Translations under genes and position numbers: made by a program | Shown: in pieces, positions 28,814-37,749 of the stretch | Layout of the letters: every line of letters begins with the position of its first letter | Numbering within the stretch: position 1 is the first letter of the stretch | NCBI GenBank assembly: GCA_046728975.1 | Contig: JBKPFU010000073.1 | Location: 5,095 to 69,094, forward strand | DNA: 64,000 nt | Reading direction: 5' to 3' | Origin: Actinomycetota bacterium | GTDB lineage: Bacteria; Actinomycetota; Thermoleophilia; Gaiellales; Gaiellaceae | Notes under the pieces: model-generated | The model's database searches: none | Told to the model about the DNA's origin: nothing | Seen by the model: the letters and a program-made list of their open reading frames with translations, nothing else

Positions 28814-30303
28814 CCGAGGATCGGGTTGAGCAGCCTCTCGACCCCGGCTCGCTGCTCGGGACCGTCGAACGCGCGCAACGGGTGGGAGGGGAGCACGTGG
28901 TCCCGGACGCGTCCGCCGCGGCGCACGTAGAGCGCTGGCACGATCGTGCCGTCGGCGTCGATCTCGACCGCGGCCGCGACCGCGTCGCCGCCGTCCGTGT
29001 CGACGAAGTGGGTCAGCGGGACGATGCCGCCGTCCCTGATGCCTCGATCACCGAGCTCGACGACTCGAGCCAGGTATCCCTTCTGGATCCAGAGCTCGGG
29101 CGCGCGCGCAAGCTCGGCGAGCAGGAACGGGACGACCTCGCCCCGCGCCAGCTCAGCTCGCCTGCGCTCGATCCCGAAGTGCTTCTCGGCGATGTGCTCG
29201 ACGAGGACGCGCGCGTTGTAGCGGAAGCCGTTCACCGAGCTCGAGCTGGCGGAGGCGCCGTGCTTCGTCATCCCGCGCGACCCCTGGGTGGCGTTGCCTG
29301 CGAAGTAAACGCCGGGTGCCGAGACGCTCTCCCAGAACGGCGTCAGCGCGGGAATCCGGCCATCTGAGACGGTCGTTACCCCAAGCTCCGCCAAGCCGTC
29401 CAGGGGCGTGCGGAAGCCCGTAGCGGCGATGACCTCGTCCGCCTCGAGCTCGAACCTCCCTTTCCAGGTCGTGCCGTCGGCGTGGACGCGGTAGGCGCCG
29501 TTCCGGCGCTCGACACGGTCGATCGCGGCGTCGAGGACGAACGTTCCCGAGCCGCCGCGCACGTACTCGTCGTAGGGGTGGAGGTAGCGCACACGAAGCG
29601 CCGACAGCGCGAGCACGGCCGTCTGCACCGGACGGGGCGATGCAAGCGTGATCTGCTTCGCCCACGGAAGCAGGCCGTGCGCGAGCTCGAATCCCGAGTT
29701 CCGCTTCCCGATGATCAGCACCCGTTTGCCTTCGTAGTCGGCGGGGACGCCGGTGTCGACGTAGTGCGTCGCGTGCTCGAGGCCGGGGATCGGAGGAATC
29801 CACGCTTTGGTGACGCCGAGCGCGAAGACGGCGGCACGGCAGCGGTACTCGCCGTCCGACGTGGAGAGCACGAGCCGGTCACCCTCCCGTCGCGCGCTTT
29901 CCCACTCACAGTCGTAACGGACTTGCACGTCGGCCCGGTCGACGAACTCGCGGAGCGCGGCCTCCATCTCGTCCCTCGCCGGCAGGTCGAAGGTTCGGTC
30001 CATGAAATTCGGCACCAGAGCGCAGTGGTCGGGCTCGTCGCCGAGCAGGCTGTTGTGGTCGTACCACTCGTACTCGCGCGTGCCGCGCTCGAACGGCGCT
30101 TCGGGCTTCGTCCAGCTGATCAGGCGCTGGAAAACAGGGAAGCGCCTGAACATCCCGCCGGGCTCCTCGTCGCGCGAGAGGACGGCGAACCGCTCGATGC
30201 CCGAGCGCGCGAGGCAATACGCGGTCTGGATGCCGCCCGGGCCGCTGCCGACGACGACGACGTCGTAGTCGCCGGGCGGGAACGGGCGCTCTAGCGCTGC
30301 CAC
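28810..30303 (-). CDS. FAD/NAD(P)-binding oxidoreductase (flavin monooxygenase-like), with a ~130-aa extra C-terminal domain
   Basis: 497 aa. DVVVVGSGPGG and a second Rossmann motif RVLIIGKRNSG. GTG at 30303 overlaps the upstream cNMP-binding gene by 13 nt. Confidence 0.8.
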   Translation of the reverse strand: MAALERPFPPGDYDVVVVGSGPGGIQTAYCLARSGIERFAVLSRDEEPGGMFRRFPVFQRLISWTKPEAPFERGTREYEWYDHNSLLGDEPDHCALVPNFMDRTFDLPARDEMEAALREFVDRADVQVRYDCEWESARREGDRLVLSTSDGEYRCRAAVFALGVTKAWIPPIPGLEHATHYVDTGVPADYEGKRVLIIGKRNSGFELAHGLLPWAKQITLASPRPVQTAVLALSALRVRYLHPYDEYVRGGSGTFVLDAAIDRVERRNGAYRVHADGTTWKGRFELEADEVIAATGFRTPLDGLAELGVTTVSDGRIPALTPFWESVSAPGVYFAGNATQGSRGMTKHGASASSSSVNGFRYNARVLVEHIAEKHFGIERRRAELARGEVVPFLLAELARAPELWIQKGYLARVVELGDRGIRDGGIVPLTHFVDTDGGDAVAAAVEIDADGTIVPALYVRRGGRVRDHVLPSHPLRAFDGPEQRAGVERLLNPILG

Positions 30304-30716
30304 AAATTCGCGGCTCGGAGCCGCCGGGCGCCCGCCTGGAGCATCCGCAGCATCACCCGCGGGTGCTCGAGCAGAAACGGCTCGAGCTCTCCGGCCGGGA
30401 TGGTCAGGCAGCGAAGGAGCGTCGTCGCGATCACGTCGGCCGTCGGAGCGTCGCCGGTCAGCACGGAGATCTCGCCGAAGAACTCCCCGCGTCCGAGCCG
30501 GGCGCGCTCGACGCCGTTGACGACCACCTTCGCCTCGCCCTCGAGGATGAGATAGAAGCCGCCACCGCTCATCCCCTGGCGGAGGACGCGCTGCCCCTCG
30601 GCGAACACCTCCTCCTCGACCGTGTGGGCGATTTCCTCGAGCTGCGGCTGCGTGAGATCGGCGAACAGCGTCAGCTGCGCGAGCGAGTCGACGACCGTTC
30701 TGGTCTCTCCGGCCAC
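30291..30716 (-). CDS. Stand-alone cyclic-nucleotide-binding domain protein
   Basis: 141 aa with the cNMP phosphate-binding cassette GEFFGEISVL....APTADVIA. Confidence 0.8.
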   Translation of the reverse strand: MAGETRTVVDSLAQLTLFADLTQPQLEEIAHTVEEEVFAEGQRVLRQGMSGGGFYLILEGEAKVVVNGVERARLGRGEFFGEISVLTGDAPTADVIATTLLRCLTIPAGELEPFLLEHPRVMLRMLQAGARRLRAANLWQR

Positions 30717-30739
30717 GGACGAAGACTATTAGGAGGATC

Positions 30740-30765
30740 GAGAGGGGCGCCGGAGCGCCCCTCTC
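30740..30765 (-). terminator. Perfect 11-bp GC hairpin downstream of the metalloprotease gene
   Basis: gagaggggcgc-cgga-gcgcccctctc, located 12 nt after the stop at 30777. Confidence 0.55.
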
Positions 30766-30776
30766 ATGCCACTGTC

Positions 30777-31799
30777 CTAGTGAAGGATTCCGCGCGCGAC
30801 GAACGCGGCCTTGACCGTATTCGCGGTCGAGTTGCCGTACAGAGTGCGTGCGGCGTTCACGGTCCGCTGGGCGAGGTCCGGCATCGTCGTGCCCGGGAAG
30901 TCGAACTGCGCCTGCAGGATGATCGTGTCGGCGACGGTGTGGCCGAGCGCGTTACGGATGTCCCATAGCGCCCGGGACCAGATCTGCCCGTCGTGATGGA
31001 CGCGACCGTTGAGGTCCTCGGGGTAGTGCAGGTTCGTGTCGACGCGGCGGAGGCAGTGCGGCACCGTCGACGTGTATGAGACCGAGTCCCAATCGGCGAC
31101 GCAGGGCTCGTCCGGCGTCGGCGAGACGACGTCCGAGACGGTCACGGCCCAGTAGTCGGCAAAGCCCTCGCCGATCGACCCGGCTTCGACCGAGCTGTAG
31201 AAGATCGGCGACTGCGAGACATGGATCGCGTGTCCGTACTCGTGCAGGATGACCTCGGCATCCTCGGCGTCGTCGACGCCACCCTTGCCGAAGCGAAGCT
31301 CGTCTTTCGGGTGGTCGGTCTCGAACGAGTTGTCCTGACCCCACTGGTTGATCCGTACGTCCTGCGACTCCTCGTTGATCGGCCGGAACCGGCCGCCGGT
31401 GCGGAAGCCGAGGCTGCGGATGTAGAGCTGCGCCTGAGTAAGCCAGTAGTACGCCATCACCTGCTCGAACTCGTCCTGGTGCCGGTTGTAGACGAAAGTG
31501 TTCGTAGGCGAGAACGCGGGGTTGCCCGTCTCGCTGACGACGTTCACCCAGTCCCCGCGTAGGTAGCCGCTGCCGTCCAGATTCGTCAGTCGGACGTTGT
31601 GATACGCGGGCTGTAGTGCGGCGTAATCCGCGTCCTTCTGGTCGGTCAGGCTCTGGTTCTGGAGCTCTGCAACGGGGTTCGGCAGAAACACCCGGCCGGT
31701 TCCCGTGCTGCTCCCAGGACCGATCTTGGCAGCGACTGCGACCGTGGCGACGGCGACGGCAACCAGCGCCACGGAGACTGCAATCAGTGTCCGTCTCAA
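30777..31799 (-). CDS. Secreted gluzincin metalloprotease (HEXXH...E; thermolysin/fungalysin-like)
   Basis: TTG at 31799 is preceded by gagggggga and gives [23 protein letters not shown] (signal/anchor). Motifs [10 protein letters not shown] and GEGFADYW. The longer ORF-track start at 32042 would overlap pdxT. Confidence 0.8.
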   Translation of the reverse strand: MRRTLIAVSVALVAVAVATVAVAAKIGPGSSTGTGRVFLPNPVAELQNQSLTDQKDADYAALQPAYHNVRLTNLDGSGYLRGDWVNVVSETGNPAFSPTNTFVYNRHQDEFEQVMAYYWLTQAQLYIRSLGFRTGGRFRPINEESQDVRINQWGQDNSFETDHPKDELRFGKGGVDDAEDAEVILHEYGHAIHVSQSPIFYSSVEAGSIGEGFADYWAVTVSDVVSPTPDEPCVADWDSVSYTSTVPHCLRRVDTNLHYPEDLNGRVHHDGQIWSRALWDIRNALGHTVADTIILQAQFDFPGTTMPDLAQRTVNAARTLYGNSTANTVKAAFVARGILH

Positions 31800-31875
31800 A
31801 GAAATCCCCCCTCGATTTGACCCGTCGGCGGGCAGGCTAACAGGGAGCCGGAGCGCCGCCAATACAATTTCCGCC

Positions 31876-32442
31876 GTGGCAGAGCGGCTCAAAATCGGCG
31901 TTCTCGCCGTCCAGGGGAACTTCCGCGAGCACGCAGCGGTGCTTCGGCGCCTGGGCGCCGAGCCGGTGGAGGTGCGAAAGCCGGAGCAGCTCGAAGGCCT
32001 CGACGGGCTCATCGTCCCGGGCGGCGAGTCCACGACCTTCATGCGACTGATGCGCCTCTATGGGCTCGACGAGGCGGTGCGCGAGTTTGCGGGCCCGGTT
32101 TTCGGAACCTGCGCCGGAATGATCGTGCTCGATCGCGAGCATCTCGGGCTCGTCGATCTGTCCGTGAAGCGGAACGCCTACGGTCGGCAGGTGGCGAGCT
32201 TCGAGGCCGATCTCGAGCTCTCGGACCAGGACGAGCCGCTTCGCGGCGTCTTCATTCGAGCACCGCGCGTCGGCGAGGTCGGCCCGGGCGTCGAGGTGCT
32301 GGCCGAGCTCGACGGCGAGCCGGTGCTGCTGCGCGACGGCCGCTTCCTGGTCGCTTCGTTCCACCCGGAGCTGACCGACGACACGCGGGTGCACGAGCGC
32401 TTTCTCGACCTCGTGCGGGAGGAGCGGCGTGTCCGGGCATAG
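31876..32442 (+). CDS. pdxT: Pyridoxal 5'-phosphate synthase glutaminase subunit PdxT
   Basis: In-frame GTG at 31876 inside ORF 31705..32442. Blocks [20 protein letters not shown] and SFHPE. Confidence 0.9.
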   Translation: MAERLKIGVLAVQGNFREHAAVLRRLGAEPVEVRKPEQLEGLDGLIVPGGESTTFMRLMRLYGLDEAVREFAGPVFGTCAGMIVLDREHLGLVDLSVKRNAYGRQVASFEADLELSDQDEPLRGVFIRAPRVGEVGPGVEVLAELDGEPVLLRDGRFLVASFHPELTDDTRVHERFLDLVREERRVRA

Positions 32443-32572
32443 TGCGCGTGGGGGAACCCCTGGTTCCCCCACGAACCCCCTCCTTCACGATGGCAGCGGT
32501 GGCTCCAGCGTTCGCGGAGCCGTCCACGCGCATCGCCGTTTGCAAGGGAGGCGCGATTGTGTCCGGGCATAG
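32429..32572 (+). repeat. 14-nt direct repeat gtgtccgggcatag flanking a 116-bp insert at the pdxT/yebC junction
   Basis: Copy 1 (32429-32442) holds the pdxT stop. Copy 2 (32559-32572) holds the yebC GTG start. Confidence 0.85.
32448..32472 (+). terminator. Perfect 11-bp hairpin inside the 116-bp insert
   Basis: gtgggggaacc-cct-ggttcccccac. No U-tract. Confidence 0.4.
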
Positions 32573-33314
32573 CAAGTGGTCGTCGATCAAGCACAAGAAG
32601 GGCGCGGCCGACGCCAAGCGCGGCAAGCTCTTCTCGAAGCTCTCGCGCGCGATCATCGTTGCCGCGCGGGAGGGGGGACCCGATCCGGCCGCAAACCTCG
32701 CGCTGCAGAACGCGATCGAGAAGGCGCGGTCGTACTCGATGCCGAAGGAGAACATCGAGCGCGCGATCGCGCGTGGATCGGGCGCCGAGACCGATGCAGC
32801 CGCCTTCGAGACCGTCGTCTACGAGGGATACGCGCCGAACGGCGTCGCGCTGATCGTGGAGGCGCTCACTGACAACCGCAACCGCACCGCCTCCGAGGTG
32901 CGACACGTGTTCTCGAAGAACGACGGCAACCTCGCCGCCTCCGGGGCGGTCGCATGGCTGTTCGAGCGCCGCGGCATCATCCTCGTCTCCGCCGACGGCG
33001 TCGACGAGGACGAGCTGACGCTTGCGGCGGCGGAAGGCGGCGCCGACGATGTCGAGCTCGACGGGTCGACGTTCCAGATCACATCGACGCCCGAGGCGCT
33101 GAGCGCGGTGCGCGAAGCGCTCGAGCAGGCCGGGATCTCGTACGACTCCGTCGAGACGACGATGGTTCCGAAGACGACCGTTCGCCTCGACGACGAGAGC
33201 GATGCACGGAAGATCCTGAGGATCGTCGACGCGCTGGAAGAGCTCGACGACGTCCAAGAGGTCTACGCCAACTTCGACATCCCCGAGAACGTGCTCGAAG
33301 AGGTCGCAGCCTAA
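32559..33314 (+). CDS. yebC: YebC/PmpR family DNA-binding regulator
   Basis: GTG at 32559, 8 nt after aagggagg. N-terminus VSGHSKWSSIKHKKGAADAKRGKLFSKL. Confidence 0.9.
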   Translation: MSGHSKWSSIKHKKGAADAKRGKLFSKLSRAIIVAAREGGPDPAANLALQNAIEKARSYSMPKENIERAIARGSGAETDAAAFETVVYEGYAPNGVALIVEALTDNRNRTASEVRHVFSKNDGNLAASGAVAWLFERRGIILVSADGVDEDELTLAAAEGGADDVELDGSTFQITSTPEALSAVREALEQAGISYDSVETTMVPKTTVRLDDESDARKILRIVDALEELDDVQEVYANFDIPENVLEEVAA

Positions 33315-34015
33315 GTCGGGCGGCGACCCCTGCTGACGACCACGTTCACCCGCGTGCCGCGGGGTCGGCGAACCCCGGCGCGCGGCCTCTGCGAGATCAC
33401 GCGGCCTCGACGCATGACGGGCGAGTAGGCGCGTGCGACGGTGCCGAGCCGGCACCTGGCCCGCCGAAGAGCGACTCGCGCGCGCACAAGCGTGGTGCCG
33501 CGTAGCCGCGGAACGACGCACCGAAGCTGCTGAGCAGAAGCGGGCGGGGGCGGTGGAGGCGGCGAGGGTGGAGGAGGAGGCGGCGGCGGCGGGGGAGGCG
33601 GTGGAGGTGGTGGCGGAGGCGGAGGCGGAGGCGGAGGCGGAGCGCCGCTCGTCACGCGGATCGTCCCGGTCATGAACGGGTGCGGCTTGCAGTGGTACGC
33701 GTACGTCCCTTCACTCGAGAACGTGAACCTGAAGGCGTCGTTCGGCGCGAGGTCGCCCGAGTCGAACACGGCTGTATCCGACGTCGCGGTGTGGCTGACC
33801 GCGTCGGAGTTCTTCCAGCAGACGGTCGATCCGGGCGAGACGCTCACGTCGCTCGGGTGGAACGCGTACGAGCTGATCTCGACCATCACGTCGCCCGCCT
33901 GGCAGGCGCCGACGGCAGTGCGCGCCTTGCCGGATGCCGGCATCGCGCTGACGACCACGGCCAGCAACGCGATGTAGAGCCCTCTCCGCAACTCGCCTGA
34001 CCCTACGGGCCTCAT
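33311..34015 (-). CDS. Secreted cupredoxin / polyproline linker / PASTA domain fusion protein
   Basis: 234 aa with a signal peptide. Type-1 Cu ligand pattern SHTA...YHCKPHPFM. A run of P25-S-P7. C-terminal VPRLRGTTLVRARVALRRARCRLGTV...GRVISQRPRAG...VNVVVSRG matches the PASTA pattern. Confidence 0.75.
   Translation of the reverse strand: MRPVGSGELRRGLYIALLAVVVSAMPASGKARTAVGACQAGDVMVEISSYAFHPSDVSVSPGSTVCWKNSDAVSHTATSDTAVFDSGDLAPNDAFRFTFSSEGTYAYHCKPHPFMTGTIRVTSGAPPPPPPPPPPPPPPPPPPPPPPPPPSPPPPPPPASAQQLRCVVPRLRGTTLVRARVALRRARCRLGTVARAYSPVMRRGRVISQRPRAGVRRPRGTRVNVVVSRGRRPT
33542..33640 (-). repeat. Simple-sequence tract (NGG)n encoding 25 consecutive prolines, one serine and 7 prolines
   Basis: Codon-by-codon reading of 33542-33640. 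The tract includes (ggcgga)n-type microsatellite stretches. Confidence 0.9.
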
Positions 34016-34083
34016 GGACAGGCGGTTTTCGAGGCGGTTTTCGGGCTAGCAGGAACGTCCGATGCGGTCCCTAATGTCGGAGC

Positions 34084-34575
34084 GTGAGGGTTCTCGGAAT
34101 CGATCCGGGCACGGCAGCGTGCGGTTACGCGATCATCCACGAAAGAGACGGCCGCCTCCGGGAGGTGGAGCACGGCTGCTGGCGCACGCCGGCGGGCCGG
34201 CAGCCGGAGCTGCGGCTGAAGACGATCTTCGACGGCGTCGCCGCGCTCATCGAGCAATTCGAGCCGGATGCAGTCGTGCTCGAAGAGTCATTCGTCGGCG
34301 CCGACGCCCGTACCGCGCTCTCGGTCGGGCAGGCGCGCGGGGCCGTGCTCGTCGCGGCCGCATGCGCAGGCGTCGCGTGCGCTGAGTACGCACCGACGCG
34401 CGTCAAGCAGGCGGTTTGCGGCTACGGCCGCGCCGAGAAGGCGCAGGTGCAGCGGATGGTGATGGCGATCCTCAGCCTCCGAACGGTGCCGACCCCGCAC
34501 CATGCCGCCGACGCGCTCGCGGTCGCGATCTGCCACGCGCTCGCGCCGCCCATGCTGCGGGTGGCGGCCGGTTGA
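34084..34575 (+). CDS. ruvC: Holliday junction resolvase RuvC
   Basis: 163 aa. [10 protein letters not shown]-terminus and an acidic catalytic pattern. Confidence 0.9.
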   Translation: MRVLGIDPGTAACGYAIIHERDGRLREVEHGCWRTPAGRQPELRLKTIFDGVAALIEQFEPDAVVLEESFVGADARTALSVGQARGAVLVAAACAGVACAEYAPTRVKQAVCGYGRAEKAQVQRMVMAILSLRTVPTPHHAADALAVAICHALAPPMLRVAAG

Positions 34576-35129
34576 TCGCGCGGCTTCGGGGCAAGCCGGT
34601 GACCTCGCGCCCGGACGGGCTCGTGCTGGAGGTCGGCGGCGTCGGCTATCTGGTCAGTCCGACAGAGAGTGCGATCCGCAAGGCCGAGGCCGGCGGCGAG
34701 ATCGAGCTCGAGACCTACCTTCACGTGCGGGAAGACGTCCTGCAGCTGTACGGGTTCGCCGAGGCCGGCGAGCGCGAGCTGTTCGAGCACCTGCTGTCCG
34801 TGAACGGGGTCGGGCCCAAAGTCGCGCTCGCGATCGTCTCCGGCTCGGCGCCAGACGAGCTTCGCCGGGCGATCGCGCTCGAGGACACGGCCCGATTCGA
34901 GGCGATTCCCGGGATCGGCAAGAAGACCGCGCAGCGAGTCGTGCTCGAGCTGAAAGAGAAGCTCGGCGACGTCGCCCCTGCCGCCGTTCGCAAGACGCAC
35001 GTCACCGCGCGCGACGCGCTCGTCGAGCTCGGCTACTCGGTCGCCGAGGCGGAGAAGGTGCTCGCGGAGGTCGATCCCGAGCTGCCGGTCGAGGAGCGGG
35101 TGCGACGCGCGCTCAGGAGAGCGGCGTGA
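34572..35129 (+). CDS. ruvA: Holliday junction branch-migration protein RuvA
   Basis: TTG at 34572 forms a TTGA overlap with the ruvC stop. LIARLRGK...LQLYGF...[15 protein letters not shown]...IPGIGKKTA HhH motifs. Confidence 0.9.
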   Translation: MIARLRGKPVTSRPDGLVLEVGGVGYLVSPTESAIRKAEAGGEIELETYLHVREDVLQLYGFAEAGERELFEHLLSVNGVGPKVALAIVSGSAPDELRRAIALEDTARFEAIPGIGKKTAQRVVLELKEKLGDVAPAAVRKTHVTARDALVELGYSVAEAEKVLAEVDPELPVEERVRRALRRAA

Positions 35130-36139
35130 GCGAGGTGTTTCTCGCTCCGGTCCTCCAGGACGGGAGCGAAGAAGAGCTCGATCGCTCGCTGCGGCCGCGG
35201 CGCCTGGACGATTTCGTCGGGCAGGAGCGCGTCAAGGAGCAGATCTCGATCGCGCTCGAGGCGGCCCGGTCACGGGGCGAGGCGCTCGATCACCTACTCC
35301 TGATCGGCCCGCCGGGCCTCGGCAAGACGAGCCTTGCCTACATCGTGCGCGAGGAGCTCGGGGTGGGGCTGCGGGCGGTCGCGGGGCCGGCGCTGGAGCG
35401 GAAAGGAGATGTCGCGGCGATACTCACGGGCCTGGCGGAACGGGACGTTCTGTTCATCGACGAGATTCATCGCATCAACCGCGCCGTCGAGGAAATCCTC
35501 TACCCGGCGCTCGAGGATTTTCGCCTCGACATCGTCGTCGGCCAGGGCCCGGCCGCTCGGACGCTCACGCTCGATCTGCCGCCGTTCACGCTCATCGGCG
35601 CGACGACGCGCACGGGCCTGCTCACGACGCCGCTGCGGGATCGGTTCGGGATGACATACCGGCTGGAGCATTACGAGCCCGAGGAGCTTTCGATCATCGT
35701 GCGACGCTCGGCGCGGATTCTCGATGTCGCCGTCGAGGACACCGCTGCGGCGGAGATCGCCCGCCGCGCGCGTGGAACGCCGCGAATCGCGAACCGGATC
35801 CTGCGGCGCGTCCGCGACGTCGCGCAGGTGCGCCACGAGGGCGCGATCACGCTCGAGATCGCGCGCGAGGCGCTCCAGCTGATGGAGGTGGACGGGGACG
35901 GCCTCGAGCGGACAGATCGGGCGCTCCTGCGGGCGATCCTGGACAAGTTCGGCGGCGGCCCCGTCGGCCTCTCGACTCTCGCTGTCGCTCTGGGAGAGGA
36001 GCCGGACACGATCGAGGACGTGTACGAGCCCTACCTGCTCCAGCTCGGCTACCTGCAACGAACGCCGCGCGGCCGGGTCGTGACCGAGCTCGGCCGCGCC
36101 CGCTTCGGCGGCGCGACCTCCCGCGACCAGCTCTTCTAG
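35126..36139 (+). CDS. ruvB: Holliday junction ATPase RuvB
   Basis: GTG at 35126 forms a GTGA overlap with the ruvA stop. Walker [12 protein letters not shown], Walker B FIDEIHR, and RTPRGR. Confidence 0.95.
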   Translation: MSEVFLAPVLQDGSEEELDRSLRPRRLDDFVGQERVKEQISIALEAARSRGEALDHLLLIGPPGLGKTSLAYIVREELGVGLRAVAGPALERKGDVAAILTGLAERDVLFIDEIHRINRAVEEILYPALEDFRLDIVVGQGPAARTLTLDLPPFTLIGATTRTGLLTTPLRDRFGMTYRLEHYEPEELSIIVRRSARILDVAVEDTAAAEIARRARGTPRIANRILRRVRDVAQVRHEGAITLEIAREALQLMEVDGDGLERTDRALLRAILDKFGGGPVGLSTLAVALGEEPDTIEDVYEPYLLQLGYLQRTPRGRVVTELGRARFGGATSRDQLF

Positions 36140-36149
36140 CATCACACCC

Positions 36150-36488
36150 GTGCACGACCTCTGGCTGCCGGGCTCAACCGCGCCGACCGACGAGTTCGTC
36201 GGCGCGCTGCACCGCCAGATCCAGCGCTTCGCGCAGCGGGTGGGGGTGCAGCAAGCGTTCGTCGAGGTCGAGCTCGCCGACGGCCAGCGCTTCCCCGTAG
36301 ACACCGTCGCGGCGGAGCCGGGCTTCGGCTTCGTCACGTTGCGCCCGCATCGCGACCTCGATGACGAGGACAGCGACGAGCTCCCGGAGGAGCTCGTCGT
36401 CCCGATGAACGCCATTCGCCGGGTCGAGCTCTCCCGCGCCGAGGAGCACCGCGAGCGCTTCGGCTTCTCGCTGCCCGAGAGCGTTTAG
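36150..36488 (+). CDS. Hypothetical acidic protein
   Basis: 112 aa with GC3 bias. No recognisable motif. Confidence 0.5.
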   Translation: MHDLWLPGSTAPTDEFVGALHRQIQRFAQRVGVQQAFVEVELADGQRFPVDTVAAEPGFGFVTLRPHRDLDDEDSDELPEELVVPMNAIRRVELSRAEEHRERFGFSLPESV

Positions 36489-36498
36489 TCTCGCCGGC

Positions 36499-36963
36499 GT
36501 GAAGATCTTCAACCTGAACGGCGACGAATGGGATCGCACCGAGGACCGTGAGGGCTGGCGCAGCAAGGACGCCTGGGTGGGCGGTCGGATCGGAGCCGAG
36601 TTGATCGGCGGCAGCATGTACGAGCTCGAGCCGGGTGACCGACTTTGGCCGTACCACACGCACCACGCGAACGAGGAGTGGGTCGTCGTCCTCCGCGGAG
36701 AGCCGACGCTTCGCACACCCGAGGGCGAGCATGCCCTGACCGAAGGTGACGTCGTTTGCTTTCCGCGCGGCAAGGAGGGAGCCCACCAAGTGAGCAACCG
36801 CACCGACTCGCCGATCCGCGTCCTGATGCTTTCGACCCTGATCACTCCGGACATCGTCGAGTACCTCGACAGCGGCAAGATCGGCGCGCGGAGCGCGAAG
36901 GGCGAGCGGATCATGCTGAGCCGGCCCGGGCCGATGCTGGACTACTGGGACGGTGAGGATTAG
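36499..36963 (+). CDS. Cupin domain protein
   Basis: 154 aa. Motifs PYHTHHANEEWVVVLRGE and GDVVCFPRGKEGAHQV (cupin motifs 1 and 2). Confidence 0.75.
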   Translation: MKIFNLNGDEWDRTEDREGWRSKDAWVGGRIGAELIGGSMYELEPGDRLWPYHTHHANEEWVVVLRGEPTLRTPEGEHALTEGDVVCFPRGKEGAHQVSNRTDSPIRVLMLSTLITPDIVEYLDSGKIGARSAKGERIMLSRPGPMLDYWDGED

Positions 36964-37397
36964 CTCGCGTTGAACACCCTGCCCGCGTAGCGGCCGAGCA
37001 CGGTCCCCCAGCCGTCGTCGTAGCTGCCCTGCATCTCCTCGTCCTCGAGGCCGCGGTGCTCGAGGTCCACACGGGTGATCTCGCCCTCGGCGCTGAAAAT
37101 GACCTCGATCTCGCTCGGCCGCCGCTGCGGGTTCACCTGCCACTCGAGCACGAGCCGATGCGGCGGCTCCCAGGCGAGCACCTTCGCCCAGTGCTCCTCC
37201 CGGCCGTCGTCGGTGCGCTCGTAGACCCGTCCGCCGGGTCTGCCTTCCAGCACCGGCGTGACCTGCTTGTGGATCGAGTGCGTCTCGACCGGCCACCACG
37301 AGGCGATCTCCTCGGTGAAGACGCGGAACGCATGTTCGACGTCCGTCTGCACGGTCACCGATTTCCGAACGGACAGATCCATGGCCTCCGTTCTCAT
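36960..37397 (-). CDS. SRPBCC / AHSA1-like protein
   Basis: 145 aa. FRVFTEEIASWWP is typical of Aha1/SRPBCC partners of ArsR regulators. 4-nt overlap with the arsR-type gene. Confidence 0.8.
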   Translation of the reverse strand: MRTEAMDLSVRKSVTVQTDVEHAFRVFTEEIASWWPVETHSIHKQVTPVLEGRPGGRVYERTDDGREEHWAKVLAWEPPHRLVLEWQVNPQRRPSEIEVIFSAEGEITRVDLEHRGLEDEEMQGSYDDGWGTVLGRYAGRVFNAS

Positions 37398-37708
37398 CGC
37401 TTCCTCCTCTCGTTCGACTCGGCCGCGGCCTTGAAGTTCTCGAGCGCGACCGTCCAGAACTCATCGAAGTACGCGCGGAGCTGCCCGACGCCTCGCGGAT
37501 CGAGGCGGTACAGCCGGCGCGTGCCATCGCGGCGCTCGGTCACCAGGCCAGCGTCCTTCAGCACGCGCAGGTGCTGGGAGACCGCGGGTCGGCTGACCGG
37601 AACGCCGTGCGCGATCTCTCCGACCGCCATCGGGCCGCGCCGCAGACGCTCGAAAATCGCCCGCCGGGTCGCATCACCAAGCGCCGCTACGCCGTCTTCG
37701 TAAGCCAT
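37394..37708 (-). CDS. ArsR/SmtB family transcriptional regulator
   Basis: 104 aa with wHTH VGEIAHGVPVSRPAVSQHLRVLKDAGLV. Confidence 0.85.
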   Translation of the reverse strand: MAYEDGVAALGDATRRAIFERLRRGPMAVGEIAHGVPVSRPAVSQHLRVLKDAGLVTERRDGTRRLYRLDPRGVGQLRAYFDEFWTVALENFKAAAESNERRKR

Positions 37709-37732
37709 GACTTACGGTAAGTCTATGCTTAC
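37700..37732. promoter_or_regulatory. 33-bp nested palindrome spanning the ArsR start codon (candidate operator)
   Basis: gtaagc-catg-acttac-g-gtaagt-ctat-gcttac. The outer and inner hexamer pairs are perfect inverted repeats, and the site lies in a locally AT-richer patch. Confidence 0.5.
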
Positions 37733-37749
37733 CGATAGGCCAAGTCAAC

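Noticed and set aside
30777-32042. Long form (421 aa) of the metalloprotease
   Set aside because: The first 81 codons are non-protein-like and overlap pdxT on the other strand. TTG at 31799 has a strong Shine-Dalgarno sequence and gives a proper signal peptide.
34416-36139. Long N-terminal extensions of ruvA (from 34416) and ruvB (from 34502) in the ORF track
   Set aside because: The extensions are out-of-frame overlaps with ruvC and ruvA and are Arg-rich nonsense. The TTGA (34572) and GTGA (35126) junctions give canonical RuvA and RuvB N-termini.
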